Source: a virus | Virus record (IMG/VR): IMGVR_UViG_3300045919_000302 | Location: 32,001-96,000 of that record | Length of the DNA: 64,000 bases | Reading direction: 5' to 3' (one strand) | Shown: positions 26,661 through 38,612 of the stretch, piece by piece | Layout: each line of letters begins with the position of its first letter | How positions within the stretch are numbered: position 1 is the first letter of the stretch | The notes under the pieces: model-generated | Databases searched by the model: none | Seen by the model: only the letters and a program-made list of their open reading frames with translations | What the model was told of the DNA's origin: nothing | Translations under genes and position numbers: made by a program

Positions 26661-29432
26661 TTAGGAAGGCTCGGCAACCGGACTGAGCTGCGCTCGTCCA
26701 GTCTGATCATTTTGTGATGCATGTTCTTGAACCGTATTCGCGTCAGTACGAACCGTCAAGGACTTATCGAGGTAACGCTGCGCGAGAAGTTTGATTCGAG
26801 ACTCGTCTGAATGCTGAGCTTGAAGCGGGGAGTTGGGATCCACAATCCCCTGCGCCTGGGACGCCTTGAGCCCGAGCAAATCAATCATGGGCGGATCCGA
26901 TCCGCTGTCGCTCACGCAGTAGATCGCGGTGACTTGATTCTTCTGGCCGTCGCGTCGGAGTCTCCCGATCAGCTGCTCATGCACGGCCGGACTCCAATCC
27001 AGTTCGCCGATCACAACCAGAGATCCCCGCTCCTGAAGGCCGTCAAGCCCCACTCCGGATCTGAGTGAGATAATAAACAGGTTCGTCTTGCCACTGACAA
27101 ACGCTTCCTTCGCTTCGTTCTTCTGGGTCGGAGACTCGGTGCCCGTGTACATGACGGGCCTGTAGGCGGCCAATTCCTTGAGCCAGATCTCGTAGCAATT
27201 GTGAACGATGGTGAAGTCATCCAAAAGAAACAGGTGGTCGCCATCAGTCTCGAACCCGTAAAAGTGATCAACCCCTACCGATTCAATTTCGAAGCCGACC
27301 CGCAAGACGTTCTTGTTGATCCTCCTGGCGTCAGGACGCTTCCTGGAGATGACAGGGATCTTGGATAGATCACCGGAGATGCTCACGCGGTAAGCAAGAC
27401 TGACTGACCCATCCTTCTTTCCATACCCGCTGTGAACTTCAAACGGCCCACTCAGATATGCGGCCAAGCCTAGAGATCTGCACAACCATTCCACATCCTC
27501 GGCAAGCCTCTTGTTTGTATTTGAAAATTCGGCACCGCATCCATTTCTGTACACGTGCCCATCCGAATCTAGCAGTCCCGCCAGTAATTCGCGCCTCTCT
27601 TGAATGGATGCAGTCTTGTATTTCACGGGGATGTGCTTGTTTCTCTTGAGACCCAGATCCCTGAACTCAGAGAGCACCCTGTTGAAGCCATTCCCTTTGC
27701 CGCACGAGAGCCTCAGGTGGAAAGCCTCACTGGCTCCAGTCCTACCCGGTGCTAGGTACTTTCTGACAAGTAAGTCATGCCGGTCTGCGATGGTCTGGAA
27801 TTTATCTTCCACCTCAGCGTCCATGGTGGCGATGCCGAGCATGGCAAGCCTTGAGTCGCCGTTTCCGAGCCAGTACCCTAGAAGCCATGGCTCGAACACC
27901 GTCCCTGAGCTTGGGAAAGTAATCTGATCCGACCGCATTAAAGTATAATTGCGCCGCGCCCTGTCGCTCTTCTTTGCAAACTCAGAGGCCGTGATATCAA
28001 CGATCTTGAACTTCCTCTTGTTGTTGTATGACAAGGTGAGAATGTGACCCTCGCTGCAAACGAAAGGCTTGCCCTTCTTTGGGGTAACCTTCAGCATTTT
28101 ACCGCTGCCGCGAACAAGGGAGAGAACCCTGCGAGGACCAGAGTCCGGACCCATCACTAGGTCGCCGACCGCCACTTCCTCCACTGGAACTGAAGTGCCG
28201 TCGTACCTCATCACTCTCGTGCCCCGCGCAAAGCAGTCCCGGTGCCACCCGGCCAGCACCACGGGCTCTCCGGCCTCCAGGAGGACCTTCACGTACTCGG
28301 CGACGTACTTAGCCTTGGAGACCCCGGTAACCTGCCTGACCATGATGTCCAGCTCGCGGGCAGCCTGGCCTCGCTCGACGAAAGATCCGGTCGTGGCCTT
28401 GAGAGCCAGCTTCTTGGCCAGCTCCTCGATGTTCTTCACGGCTTCTTCGTCGTGGCCTACGGGCTCGATGATCACGTTCGTGGGCGGAAGCTCGCGGCCG
28501 ACCTCCTCGCGGGTCCGGCGGATGAACAGGAACTGCTCGCGGAGGTGGGTGCCCAGGGCCTTCGGATCCTTGACCGTGTCACCCCAGCCTGCCCACTCCC
28601 GCATGAAGTCGTCGGACCTGCCCAGGCATCCCTCCTTCATCAGGTTCAGGATGTTGTAGATCTCGGCCCCCTTGTTGTAGATCGGGGTGGCCGACAGGCC
28701 GAGCACATGGCTCACCGTCTTGCTTAGGTTCTTCGCGGCCAGGTACTTCTGGGAGTCAGATTTACGAAGCTCCTGGATCTCGTCGAACACCACCGACTTG
28801 AACGGGCGCATCCCGTAGATGTCGGACCACCCGGCAAGGCACGAATACTTCATGATATAGACGTCGGCCGGCGGGAGCGAGTAGGGCTTCGTGCCTTTCA
28901 CGAGATGGACCGAGCAGTCGGTGAACTTCGCAATCTGGTCTCGCCACTGGGTGGGCAGGTGGGTCTGGACGACGACCACTGCCGGCAGCAACTCGGGCTG
29001 AGTGAACGACCCGACTGCCAGGGGAGTTTTGCCCACTCCAACTGGGTCTCCGACCAGCAGTGCTCCGTTCTTGAGGTAGATCTCCAAGCCCTGGGCCTGG
29101 TAGTCACGGAGAGGGAGCTTCAGCTTGAACTCCTTGGGCTTGTAGTCCGGCCTGGCAATTCGCTCCAGATCATCCAGGCGGGTGATATGGGCATCCCTCT
29201 GGGCGTGGAGATGGGCCAGATCCAGAGACGAGATCGCGAGCGGGAAGCGATCGATGAACCAGGAGATCTCTCGGCAGAACTCGGGCGTATCCTGAAAGGT
29301 GAACGGGGCCACCTGGGTCTTCCGGATCCCTTGGTAGATCGACTTCAGCTTGATGACGACGTGGGGCTCGATCTCCGGGATGACCCACAGGCCCACATCC
29401 CGATGGAGAACGAGCTTGCCGTAGGACCTCAC
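26661..29432 (-). CDS. SNF2-family helicase containing an intein
   Basis: GDPVGVGKT, FDEIQ, LSATP, GVGLDGLQ, QLIGRLRRDGQ; GTG start overlaps upstream TGA. Confidence 0.9.
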   Translation of the reverse strand: MRSYGKLVLHRDVGLWVIPEIEPHVVIKLKSIYQGIRKTQVAPFTFQDTPEFCREISWFIDRFPLAISSLDLAHLHAQRDAHITRLDDLERIARPDYKPKEFKLKLPLRDYQAQGLEIYLKNGALLVGDPVGVGKTPLAVGSFTQPELLPAVVVVQTHLPTQWRDQIAKFTDCSVHLVKGTKPYSLPPADVYIMKYSCLAGWSDIYGMRPFKSVVFDEIQELRKSDSQKYLAAKNLSKTVSHVLGLSATPIYNKGAEIYNILNLMKEGCLGRSDDFMREWAGWGDTVKDPKALGTHLREQFLFIRRTREEVGRELPPTNVIIEPVGHDEEAVKNIEELAKKLALKATTGSFVERGQAARELDIMVRQVTGVSKAKYVAEYVKVLLEAGEPVVLAGWHRDCFARGTRVMRYDGTSVPVEEVAVGDLVMGPDSGPRRVLSLVRGSGKMLKVTPKKGKPFVCSEGHILTLSYNNKRKFKIVDITASEFAKKSDRARRNYTLMRSDQITFPSSGTVFEPWLLGYWLGNGDSRLAMLGIATMDAEVEDKFQTIADRHDLLVRKYLAPGRTGASEAFHLRLSCGKGNGFNRVLSEFRDLGLKRNKHIPVKYKTASIQERRELLAGLLDSDGHVYRNGCGAEFSNTNKRLAEDVEWLCRSLGLAAYLSGPFEVHSGYGKKDGSVSLAYRVSISGDLSKIPVISRKRPDARRINKNVLRVGFEIESVGVDHFYGFETDGDHLFLLDDFTIVHNCYEIWLKELAAYRPVMYTGTESPTQKNEAKEAFVSGKTNLFIISLRSGVGLDGLQERGSLVVIGELDWSPAVHEQLIGRLRRDGQKNQVTAIYCVSDSGSDPPMIDLLGLKASQAQGIVDPNSPLQAQHSDESRIKLLAQRYLDKSLTVRTDANTVQEHASQNDQTGRAQLSPVAEPS
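27198..28235 (-). mobile_element. LAGLIDADG intein (346 aa)
   Basis: Starts CFARGT, ends IVHN followed by Cys+1; LLAGLLDSDG. Confidence 0.92.
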
Positions 29433-29767
29433 AGCCAGCCCCTGCCAATATTGACAACGTAGCAAGGTTTGCCCAGGATCTGATCGGGGAAGCCCATCGA
29501 GCGATTGGTGATTAAGATAAAAGTTTTTACCTTATCTGACTCGCAGTACCTAAGGCACTGTTTGTAGATCGCTTTCGGCGAGCCTTTAATCTTCACTTCG
29601 ATGGCGATCCCGTCTTCACGGAAGAAGTCGGGTCGGCTCTTCTCGTCGAGCCGGTACTCCGGGATGAAGCCCGGGAGCAGTGGGGCCATCTCAGTCTTGA
29701 GTACGGCCTCAGTGGACAATGAGAAACGGTGGCGCTTCAGTTGCGCCAGGATCTGTTCGAGTTCCAT
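29429..29767 (-). CDS. PD-(D/E)xK nuclease
   Basis: EYRL...RPDFF...IAIEVK; coupled to the SNF2 helicase gene. Confidence 0.7.
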   Translation of the reverse strand: MELEQILAQLKRHRFSLSTEAVLKTEMAPLLPGFIPEYRLDEKSRPDFFREDGIAIEVKIKGSPKAIYKQCLRYCESDKVKTFILITNRSMGFPDQILGKPCYVVNIGRGWL

Positions 29768-30308
29768 CGGTGAGCGAGAGGCTATTCGAACACGATAAGG
29801 CCGTCAAGAGGAGTGTGGCTCCACAACTTCATGATCTTCCCCTCTTCAGTCCGTGGACAGGGCAATACGGATCTGTGTGGAATCCGCGACAGGAGCAGGA
29901 AAAGACTTCGCGGAGAATACCCTTGGCAGCCTTCTCATACGCTTCGATCCGCTCTTCGTAAGCCCGGAAGGCGGCAGTCAGACGGCGCTTCAGATCCTGC
30001 ATCTCGACCGCGCTGAACTTGGGTTGCATGCTGTCCACCCAGTCGTTCAGGGTTCGCATGGCCTCACGCTCCGCCCTGGATGAGGCGTCACTGTTTTCCA
30101 TTGATCATCTCCTTGAACGGACCCAGGGCGTGATGCATCATGGCGTCTGCTGTATCCATGTTTCCGGCCTCTGCCCTCGCGGTCATGCGTCGGTCACACC
30201 CCGGTCTGGCGCAGGCCCCATGGTAGTCAGAGACCCCGTAGATGATGAACTCAGTCCGCCACTGCCAGTCGTGCAGACCGATGGCGCAGAGGATCTTCCC
30301 CAGGATCT

Positions 30309-30710
30309 TCATCCGGGCCCAGGGCCTCTCGACATCTCCATCGCCATCTTCCCAGCGTCATGCATGGCCATCATCCCGTTTTTACAGCCGCACAAGTAGG
30401 GCTTCGCGCCTAAGATCACTGCCAACTTCTTCTGAGCATCGGTCATCGGGACCGCATCAAACAGTCTGGCCATGACCTCCCGTGACTGCTTGATCTCAAC
30501 GGACTCGTCCATATTTTCTTCCTTCTTTTCTTCGATCGATATTTTGAATCTTCGGTCGCCAACGTAGAACGATCCGACCATGTCAAACGTCCCCAGGGAG
30601 ACTAATTGGTTCAGAAACTTCTGGGTCAGATCCATCGGCTCGGCCAGCAAGTCATCCAGCTTCGGCATCCGCTCCAGGCGCTTTTCTTCTAGGTTGATAA
30701 TGTCAGACAT
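30309..30710 (-). CDS. Hypothetical protein
   Basis: ORF in dense minus-strand small-gene cluster. Confidence 0.5.
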   Translation of the reverse strand: MSDIINLEEKRLERMPKLDDLLAEPMDLTQKFLNQLVSLGTFDMVGSFYVGDRRFKISIEEKKEENMDESVEIKQSREVMARLFDAVPMTDAQKKLAVILGAKPYLCGCKNGMMAMHDAGKMAMEMSRGPGPG

Positions 30711-31259
30711 CAGTCCGTAATCCTCCCTGCTTGGATCTCCTCAAGCTTGTACCCGTCATGAACGAGCACGATGCGCTTGGGCTTCCCGTTGGGGTGGGCC
30801 TCGCCGACCAGCTCCTGAGTGCATGCCCCGACCACCACGTCGTCGGCCAATGGTGTCCACTGGCATGGGTTACTTTTCTTGCAGATCCTGGCCTCATGCT
30901 GATTCTGACGCCGGTCAACGCATTCGATCATCGACACCATCGACGCGGTGTTGATGCCGCTGACCGCATAAATCAACTGAAGCGTTGCTAGGGTGATCAT
31001 TGGTTTTCCCTTCGAGGTAACTCTGAACATGCCTTCAAAGGAGTGCCGTACTCATTGGTTCCGCGAGCATCGGCATACTGCTTGCGAGCGTACTCAATTC
31101 CTCCAAAGTAGGTTTCACTAAGTAGGTAGGACCAGATGACATCTAAATCTTTCCAGCCAGAAAACCATCGATGACACCGAATAACAGCCCCACGGACAGC
31201 GTGGGAACTTTTATACTCGGCTAACTCGGACTTTCTAATTAGTGTCCACCCAAACAGCG

Positions 31260-31679
31260 TCATGACTCTTTCCTCTCGCCGCGAGTCGGCTCAAGCAGTT
31301 TGGATGCTGGCACCGGACAACGGCTGCTGTAGCCGTGGTACTTGAGCATTTCCTCGCCCTTCGGCATGGCCTCGCCGCATATCTGGCACCTTCCAGCGGG
31401 AACCGGGGGTTTCTCTTCCACTCGGTCATAGGTCGCCGCAAAGATATCGGGCTTGCACGGATACAGCTCGCCCTTGACCCCTTTGATGATCCAGTCGCCC
31501 TTCTCGACCTTCATCATGCCTTCAAGGGTCTTGACCCAAAGGGTTTCGGTAGTTGGAGTGAAGCTGAGAACCGTGAACGGGTTCACGTCGGATAGCGTCG
31601 CTTCCCACGCGAAGGCGGCCTCCTGAAAACCGTCGTATTGCCACGCCTCAATCTCTACTGGACGTTTACGGAACTTCAT
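31260..31679 (-). CDS. Conserved phage protein (PGDYG-like)
   Basis: MKFRKRPVEIEAWQ...KTLEG...GDWIIKGVKGELYPCKPDIF. Confidence 0.75.
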   Translation of the reverse strand: MKFRKRPVEIEAWQYDGFQEAAFAWEATLSDVNPFTVLSFTPTTETLWVKTLEGMMKVEKGDWIIKGVKGELYPCKPDIFAATYDRVEEKPPVPAGRCQICGEAMPKGEEMLKYHGYSSRCPVPASKLLEPTRGERKES

Positions 31680-31718
31680 TCTGTTTCCCTTTCTTTGCCG
31701 TGCTGCCTCATCGGCATG

Positions 31719-32102
31719 TCATTTCGAGCAGCCGCCATGGGCCAGTTTCGCCGCGTACTCCAGCAACCAGACCTTCGGGGCAATGCTCGCCTTGAGCGCC
31801 GTCTGCGCAGAGCAAACCCCGCCGCCCAGGGCTATGGCCGCGAGAGCGACCACCCAAATGTAATGCATTTCTTGCATGTCATACGCACCGGCGTTCTTAA
31901 CGCGCTCAAGCGCCCACTTGTGGCCCCGCCAAGCGACGTACCCGATAACCGCGAAAACAAGCGTGTCGAAAATGTTCTCGGCCACGGCATATTTAACCGC
32001 CTGAGAAGCAAGGTCCGGGAGTTGCGCCGAAGCAAAATCCGCCGCCGTATGGATGCCATTCACGATCTCGTTAAGAAACCTATCAATCGCCTGTTCTTTC
32101 AT
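31719..32102 (-). CDS. Membrane protein
   Basis: Two TM segments; APKVWLLEY. Confidence 0.6.
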   Translation of the reverse strand: MKEQAIDRFLNEIVNGIHTAADFASAQLPDLASQAVKYAVAENIFDTLVFAVIGYVAWRGHKWALERVKNAGAYDMQEMHYIWVVALAAIALGGGVCSAQTALKASIAPKVWLLEYAAKLAHGGCSK

Positions 32103-32684
32103 GTGTCTTTCCTTTCGCTGTGCTGCCGCATTGGAGATGCGTCGAGTTTTCGGACGAGTGCTGGGCAAACATCGGCGTAGCTGTTGTAGCCTTCGCTATC
32201 CTGGCTCCCGGTGCCTTCCATCTCAATTCGGAGAAAGCCGTCCTGTAAGCGGCGCTTGATGGCACCAATGAAATTCGATCGACCGTAGTAGTTAATTTCA
32301 TCCTGGTCGGTGATGGTAAATGCGACACGCTCGCCAACCTTAAAGTTATCCATCTTTCCTCCGCGTCTCCCGACAGGCAGCGCCGCACCACGGGCATTTG
32401 TCTTCGATCCAAGAAGGGACGCCGCGATAGGTGAAGACGTTGAGCCGCATAGTCGCGCAGCACGCTTTGGTTTCAGCCCATCTATCAGCGGCTCTTACAA
32501 GCCAATGCACTTTCATTTGAATCATCTCCTACGAGGCATGCACGAAAGCGTTGATGAAAAGCAGCACGATGGCGACACACCAAAGCACTTGCGTCTTCCA
32601 AAGGAACTTCTGCCCCAGTAGCAACGTTTCCAGTTTTTGATCCGTGGTCATTTCTATCCCCCTCGTTTAATGATGTTTGTCGTG

Positions 32685-32885
32685 TCAGGTCAAAACCAGC
32701 TCACTACGGAGCTGTTTATCGTTCTCGAAATAAATGCGTGCACCTTCGCTCAACCGCTTGTCGAGCATCTGATAAGTCCGAAGGGCTTGCTTCATGAGCG
32801 CCGTCTTGTTCATGCCTTTGGCTTTAGCGAGCTGCTCCAAGACGGCCATCTCTTTTTCGGTGAGATTCAGCGTAAGCGGTTTCAT
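32685..32885 (-). CDS. CopG/ribbon-helix-helix regulator
   Basis: LTLNLTEKE...LEQLAKAKGMNKTALMKQAL. Confidence 0.75.
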   Translation of the reverse strand: MKPLTLNLTEKEMAVLEQLAKAKGMNKTALMKQALRTYQMLDKRLSEGARIYFENDKQLRSELVLT

Positions 32886-33247
32886 TTAGTATCTGCCTTT
32901 TCGGACTCGCGCAGGTTGACGCCATTCTTTCCCTCGATTCGGTCTTCCACGGCGCGCTGAAGATCGATAACGCCGCCGGGGAAGGTGTTCGCGAGTCTCA
33001 GCGCGCAGACCACCAAATCGGCGACATACTTGGCGTAGTCGGTACGAAGCGCCGCCGTGTCCGCCACGGCGCAGTCATGGTCCATGTCGTCGGCCAGAGC
33101 GTGCAGTTTTCCAGCCGCCTTAGAGACGTGGTGGAGCGTGTGCGCAAAGTCCTTATGGGTCATCGGAGACGCGCGGAAATCACCGCTGTAGCGGATTGTC
33201 CATGGAAGGTTTGTTTGCAACTCTCGAATCGTAAAGTCCTTAGCCAT
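32882..33247 (-). CDS. MazG-like protein
   Basis: HVSKAAGKL...YVADLVVCALRLAN...IDLQRAVEDR. Confidence 0.5.
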   Translation of the reverse strand: MAKDFTIRELQTNLPWTIRYSGDFRASPMTHKDFAHTLHHVSKAAGKLHALADDMDHDCAVADTAALRTDYAKYVADLVVCALRLANTFPGGVIDLQRAVEDRIEGKNGVNLRESEKADTK

Positions 33248-34158
33248 TATGTTTGTCCCCCTCGGACAATCTCTGACCGAGCGCGGAAGCTTCCGCTTTC
33301 AGCGCAGTCAAGTAGGTCTTGACCTCCAGGACCGCTTCCTGCTTCGCCTTCTCAAGCGTTTTCGCCTCAAGCGGTCTGTTTTCAAGACCAATCAGATAAA
33401 CGCTCACATGCCATTTTCCTGGATTGTCATACCGGCGATGGACAATAATTCTGATACGGCCAAAAGTTCCTTCGGACTCCTCGCCGCGATAGTGGTCACG
33501 CCACTCCGGTTTTTCATCCCTAGCCACGAGCCGTCTCCTCGTCGGATCTCGATTGAAACGGAAGATACACTTTCGGGTATCCGGATTTCCCTAGCTTCCC
33601 GGTTGTCTCCAGTTGGTTCGACGCGAACCCCTTTTTGAAGTGCGCTTCAAGCGCCCCGGATCCTCGACATAGATGACAATCTTTTGTCGGCTCACGGCCA
33701 GCGCACATCAGACAATTAATCACGTCACCGGACTTGAACCGCCTGTCGCCCTGTTGAATTGCTGCGGATGCGATATCCGCCCCGGCTTCGCCCATCGTGG
33801 TCTGAATGTAGTGCGCAAGACAGCGGACCAACTCTCTCAGACCGAATGGCTGGTCAGACGTCACGGTGATCGTGACTTTCTTTTTGTCCTTACTTGGAGC
33901 GCAATCGAGATCGAACTTTGCATTGGTCATAAGTTACTCTTCTCTCTATCTCTCAGGTAAGCGGCGGGCCGGCTTACCATGTCGCCGACCTGCATACGTT
34001 CAGGCGTCCCGGTTGATTCCGATCCGCCCGCCGCCCAAATGCCCAGGATCGCCGGAGCGTCGTGCCACCGCTTCTGTATGTCCCTCGGGTCATGACTCCT
34101 CCGGGTGGGTAGTGGCGTCCCAATCCTCAACTTGCAACTTGCAAGTTGTCGTTACGCA

Positions 34159-34548
34159 TCAAGTCAACTTCCAAGCGCCGCCGCGAACATCCGCCGCCAC
34201 GCCTTCGTACCAGTAGCGCCGCTCGGCTTGGCAGGCCGGGTGCCGGCTGAGTCCCTCCATCCAGGCCGCAATCTTCTCGGCGGTGTCGTTCTGGTTGAAC
34301 TCTTTCACCCTGGCGTTGAGCCAATTGACGACCATCTGGCGATCCAGGTTACAGACCTCAGGCCACCTAAGGCCCCGCATCACCGCATAGGCTTCGAGTG
34401 GATCCAGGCCGCCGCGCTCGTTGAGGCGCTCCAGGGATTGGCCGTGATTCCTTTCCGCCGCTGCCTCGAAAGGAGCGATTAGATCCCAAGGGATCTGCCC
34501 GGGGCTATCAACCACTCCCTTGAGTGACATGATCTTAAACATTCTCAT
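34159..34548 (-). CDS. Hypothetical phage protein
   Basis: IPWDLIAP...NHGQSLERLNERGGL motif. Confidence 0.6.
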   Translation of the reverse strand: MRMFKIMSLKGVVDSPGQIPWDLIAPFEAAAERNHGQSLERLNERGGLDPLEAYAVMRGLRWPEVCNLDRQMVVNWLNARVKEFNQNDTAEKIAAWMEGLSRHPACQAERRYWYEGVAADVRGGAWKLT

Positions 34549-35302
34549 CTGTGGGCCCCCTGCCTACGAGCGCTGATAGATCCATCTGACGAAGGCTCTC
34601 GGCTGCGGATCTTGCCGCTGACTCCTGGTCTTCGTTCAGTCTGATCTGGAGCATCAACCCCTCAATCACACCGATCGCATATCCCAGCTGACTTGCATAT
34701 TTCGCCAAGAGGACATGGGCCCCCGGCTCTCTACCACCCACATTCTTTTGCATCTCTCTTGGGTAACTTGCCCGTTACGTTTTGTCAACGTAGTGAGGCT
34801 TGGGTTCGATCCAGATCGGATCCACCACGCGCTCTTGCAGGCCCTCGGGTCTTTTGACTGCAATGCGGACTTTGATCTTACCGGTCTTCGATGGGCCGAG
34901 ATAAATCGCGTCCCTCTTTCTTCGGTTGGAAGAGGAACCCTTTACGGATTCAAAGTAAATCACTTCTTGGTTTTCTTGATAGGCCATTTCACTCCCCCGC
35001 GCTTCAGCGCCTTTCCACACTTGATGCAGTCAACTCTCCAGATCTCACCGATGAAGCTCGCGTCCGTATAGAGAGTGATGAAGAAGTCACCGGCTGCCAT
35101 CGGTCGCCTCGAAGCGCTTCTTAATCCATTCGTAGATTGCCAGCATCTCGGTGCGGTTGATGGTGTTGCCCCAGCCAGCGCCGCCGGCATACCCGATCAT
35201 CTTGAAAACCCGCCGCTTCATCTCTCCCATTGAAAGAGGATGCTCTGATCGGCCGCAATGCTTGCACGGATCTTCAGCGCTCGTTTCCGGCTCGCCCACG
35301 GG

Positions 35303-35782
35303 CTACCCCAAAGCCCTGCTCGCGGTCCGAGCCATGGGGCCGCCCGTCGATCTCTTCCCGACCGGCTGCTTTTTGGCCTTGATCACTTCGAGCCGGGGGC
35401 CGTCAATCCAGACGCCGTTCTGCCACTCGCCGTCCTTGTTGAGCCCGAGCTGAAGCAGGAACCGAACGCACCCGTTAAAGTGGGTGGCCCTGCCGGCGAC
35501 CACACCCTTGGCCCCGGAGATCGGATCCCTGGCCTCGTCCCCGAGATCGACGCTGATCTCCTCGGGCTCGCTCAGGGCCGGCACGACCTTCCCCTTCTTG
35601 GTGATCTTAAGAGCGGGCTCATCGATATCGTAGGACTCAGGCACCTTTCCGTCCGACCCCACTGGGGGCTGGACACTGACGCGCCGGCAGCCGTGCAGGT
35701 ACTCGGAAATCGCAATCGCGACTCCCCGGAACCCGGTCACGACACATTGAACTTCATCCCCCAACTGAACTTGCTTTTCCAT
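35303..35782 (-). CDS. Protein made of two tandem SH3-like domains
   Basis: LGDEVQCVVTGFRGV...LHGCRR and LGDEARDPISGAKGV...FNGCVR. Confidence 0.7.
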   Translation of the reverse strand: MEKQVQLGDEVQCVVTGFRGVAIAISEYLHGCRRVSVQPPVGSDGKVPESYDIDEPALKITKKGKVVPALSEPEEISVDLGDEARDPISGAKGVVAGRATHFNGCVRFLLQLGLNKDGEWQNGVWIDGPRLEVIKAKKQPVGKRSTGGPMARTASRALG

Positions 35783-38612
35783 AATTCCCCCTGCTGGCCC
35801 GCCTGGGCTCAGTTGTTATAACGGAGGTTCCGGAATAAAAACGGAACCCCTGTAATAGGCCGCGATCTGTATGATCCGGCCGATATACATTTCGTCAGAC
35901 CTTTTGTCCACGGAGAGTATCGATCTCCGCCTGGAGATGGTCCGCCTTGCATCTGAGATCCTCGGAGATCGCAAGCTGCTCTGTGAGCGCCTTCTCCAGA
36001 TCGTCGCACTTCTTCTCCCAGTTCTGCCTGATCGTCCTGGCCAGAATATTCTCTGGGGCCTCGGGCAGCTCGATGTGGCCCGGGACTGGGTAACCCAAGT
36101 TGCCTACCAGCGACAGAACCTCAGGCTCGCGGGGCGTATATGAATATTCAGCCAGACCTTCTTCCAATATTGCTGACAAAATATTGCACTGACTTCTTGA
36201 GCTTCTCCAGCTCTTCGGGATAGGTCGCGTAGTACTCGTCTATCTCGGCCTTAGTCTTTTTGCCGCGACACTCGCCGCACTTCTTGGGCTCCCAGTCCCA
36301 GCTGCCGGCGCGAAAGACCTGATGATCCTTGCCGCACTCGGGGCACTTCTCGGCACCAGACCACGGGCCACCAATGGGCTGGCAACAATCGCAATGACGA
36401 TCACACCCCACTCGGCTCGCCCTTCCGCTTGAACGGGAGGACCTGCGCGGTTCGCTCGGCGGGCCTCGGGGCCAGGACGGGGCTCTCAGTCACGTAACCC
36501 TCTTCGTTCCGCCGCTGGAACTCCCTGGAGTAGTTCATCTCGTTGCAGTTGTTCGGGCAGCGCTTCAGGATCGGCGTGTACCTTCCGCCCGTGGCGATGT
36601 AGCACTCGATGAACCCACAGCCGTCCTCGCACCCGTCACACATCTTGAACACGGCCACCCCTCCGCGATTATGTAATTTTGCATAAAAAAATTACGTAAC
36701 TTTATGTAAAACTACATCAACAGCCCAAACTCCTCAAGCATCCCCTGAGCAAACGCCAGAGACTTCTTCAGGTGCTCGATCTCGCGCAGAGCGGCGTCCA
36801 GGCGGGCCTTCGGGACGACCTCAATGATCTCGTTGATCTCCGGCACTGGGCCGTCGCAGGTGGCGATCGTAATCCGGGTCTGATCGCCAACGCCTTGGTC
36901 CCAGCCTTTGATGCTCCATTCGCGGGAGTCGGTGACCCGTGGGGGCGTGAGCTTAGGCCCTGTCATGACTTCTTCCTCAGCCTGCGGCACTGGGTGCTTC
37001 CCACTAAGACGTTGCCTCGATTCTTATCCAAGGCGACACGCACGGCCGGTCCGTCGATCCCTCGGACCTCGCCGCGAAACCCATTGCAGAAGATCCCACT
37101 GGCGTCGTAACCATGCACCGCCACGCGGTCGCCTACAGCGAAGGGCTTAGGTCTCATCACGCGAACCTCCGGGTGGCCATGGCCAGGCGGTGCCGCTCGT
37201 CGTGCTTGCCAGCGTAATGCTCCCGGGCCCAGCGGATCTCGGACTGGAGATCGTCGATATGTTCGAGCAGGGCCTTGACCTCATAAGCGGCGTAGAGGTT
37301 CGCGTCCGTCAGCCCGCCTATCCCGGCAATCCTTTCTCGAACAACTTTGACTGTCTTCTGTCTCTCATTGATCATATCCGCTTCCTCACTTCATCCCCCT
37401 CAACACCCAGAGCATTCCCTCGAACGACCCGTAGGCCACGGCCGCGCAGAAGCTCAGGATCAGAAACTTAAGGGCCTTCTCTCTCATGGGGTCCTCTTGA
37501 AGTCTTCGATAATCTCTCGATCGATCTGACGCGCACGATCTCTCATCAATTTCGCCACAGACCTATCAAGACGCTCCTCAAACAAATCAATATTGATCGC
37601 CGTGCAATAGTAACAACTCTTATCATAGTGGCACTCCATGTCATGGAAGGTGACGTGCTGACGATCGCTAGACGCAGGCGATCCTTCCCAGAAGATGTGC
37701 TCGATTTCAAGGTCGCTCATCTGGAGGTAGCGCTCCAATCCCACCCGTGGAATTACCACGGAGTGGATCCCGTCCTTCCATCCCACAGGGACGGGTGTGA
37801 ATCTGATCAGCCAGTCTCGTTTGCGAAGCATTGTCTCATCCTCCATCCTTCTGCATAGACTTACTCAGTTCTCGCCACTGGCTGCTCCTCATGCTGAGCC
37901 CACACTTTATGCAGGTCTTGGTCTCATCCAGAAAGCTATCCATATGTAATCGGAAAAATCCGTCATGGGGGCACGCGACTACCGCCGGAGTCCCGACTGG
38001 GCCACAACAGCAGGGGTCCTTATCTGAACTCTCTTTCACAGACTCTTCCTCACCGAGACTGAAATCTCCGCTCCGCAGCTCTGGCAAACAACTTCGACCA
38101 CCGTCTTGGCCGGCGTAACGGTGGAGCCAAGAACAAGGCCATCGACCTCGACCGCTGGCTCCTCTCTCCATTCGACGGCAGTCAGCCACGGGCTCCCGCA
38201 AACGTAGCAGATCAAGGTGTGGATCAACTTAAGCTTGCTCACTTGGGTCCTTTCCTCCTGAGGGCTTCTTCCTTCGGCTTGAATCTTCCCTTCGCGTTCC
38301 CCTTCCATCGATACTGGGTGCAGAGGGTACAGCGAACGGTGCGCTTGCTATTCTTTTTTCTCTTCGCCATAGAACTCCACCGCCTGACAATAATTGGTTA
38401 CGGCCTGGATCCGAAGGCCGCCGCGTTCATCGATGCAATAGAGCATCGGTGCGGACGACACGGACAGGGCGATCTTCGCCTGGGCCAGAGAAAAAACGAT
38501 ACCCTTCCGGCTCGTTGGCATCCCACAGAAGTGTGACCAAACGATCGCAGGCTCGGTATAGGTGGCTTTAGCCTCCACTCCCTTGTCTCGAACTTTCACC
38601 TCAATCGTGATC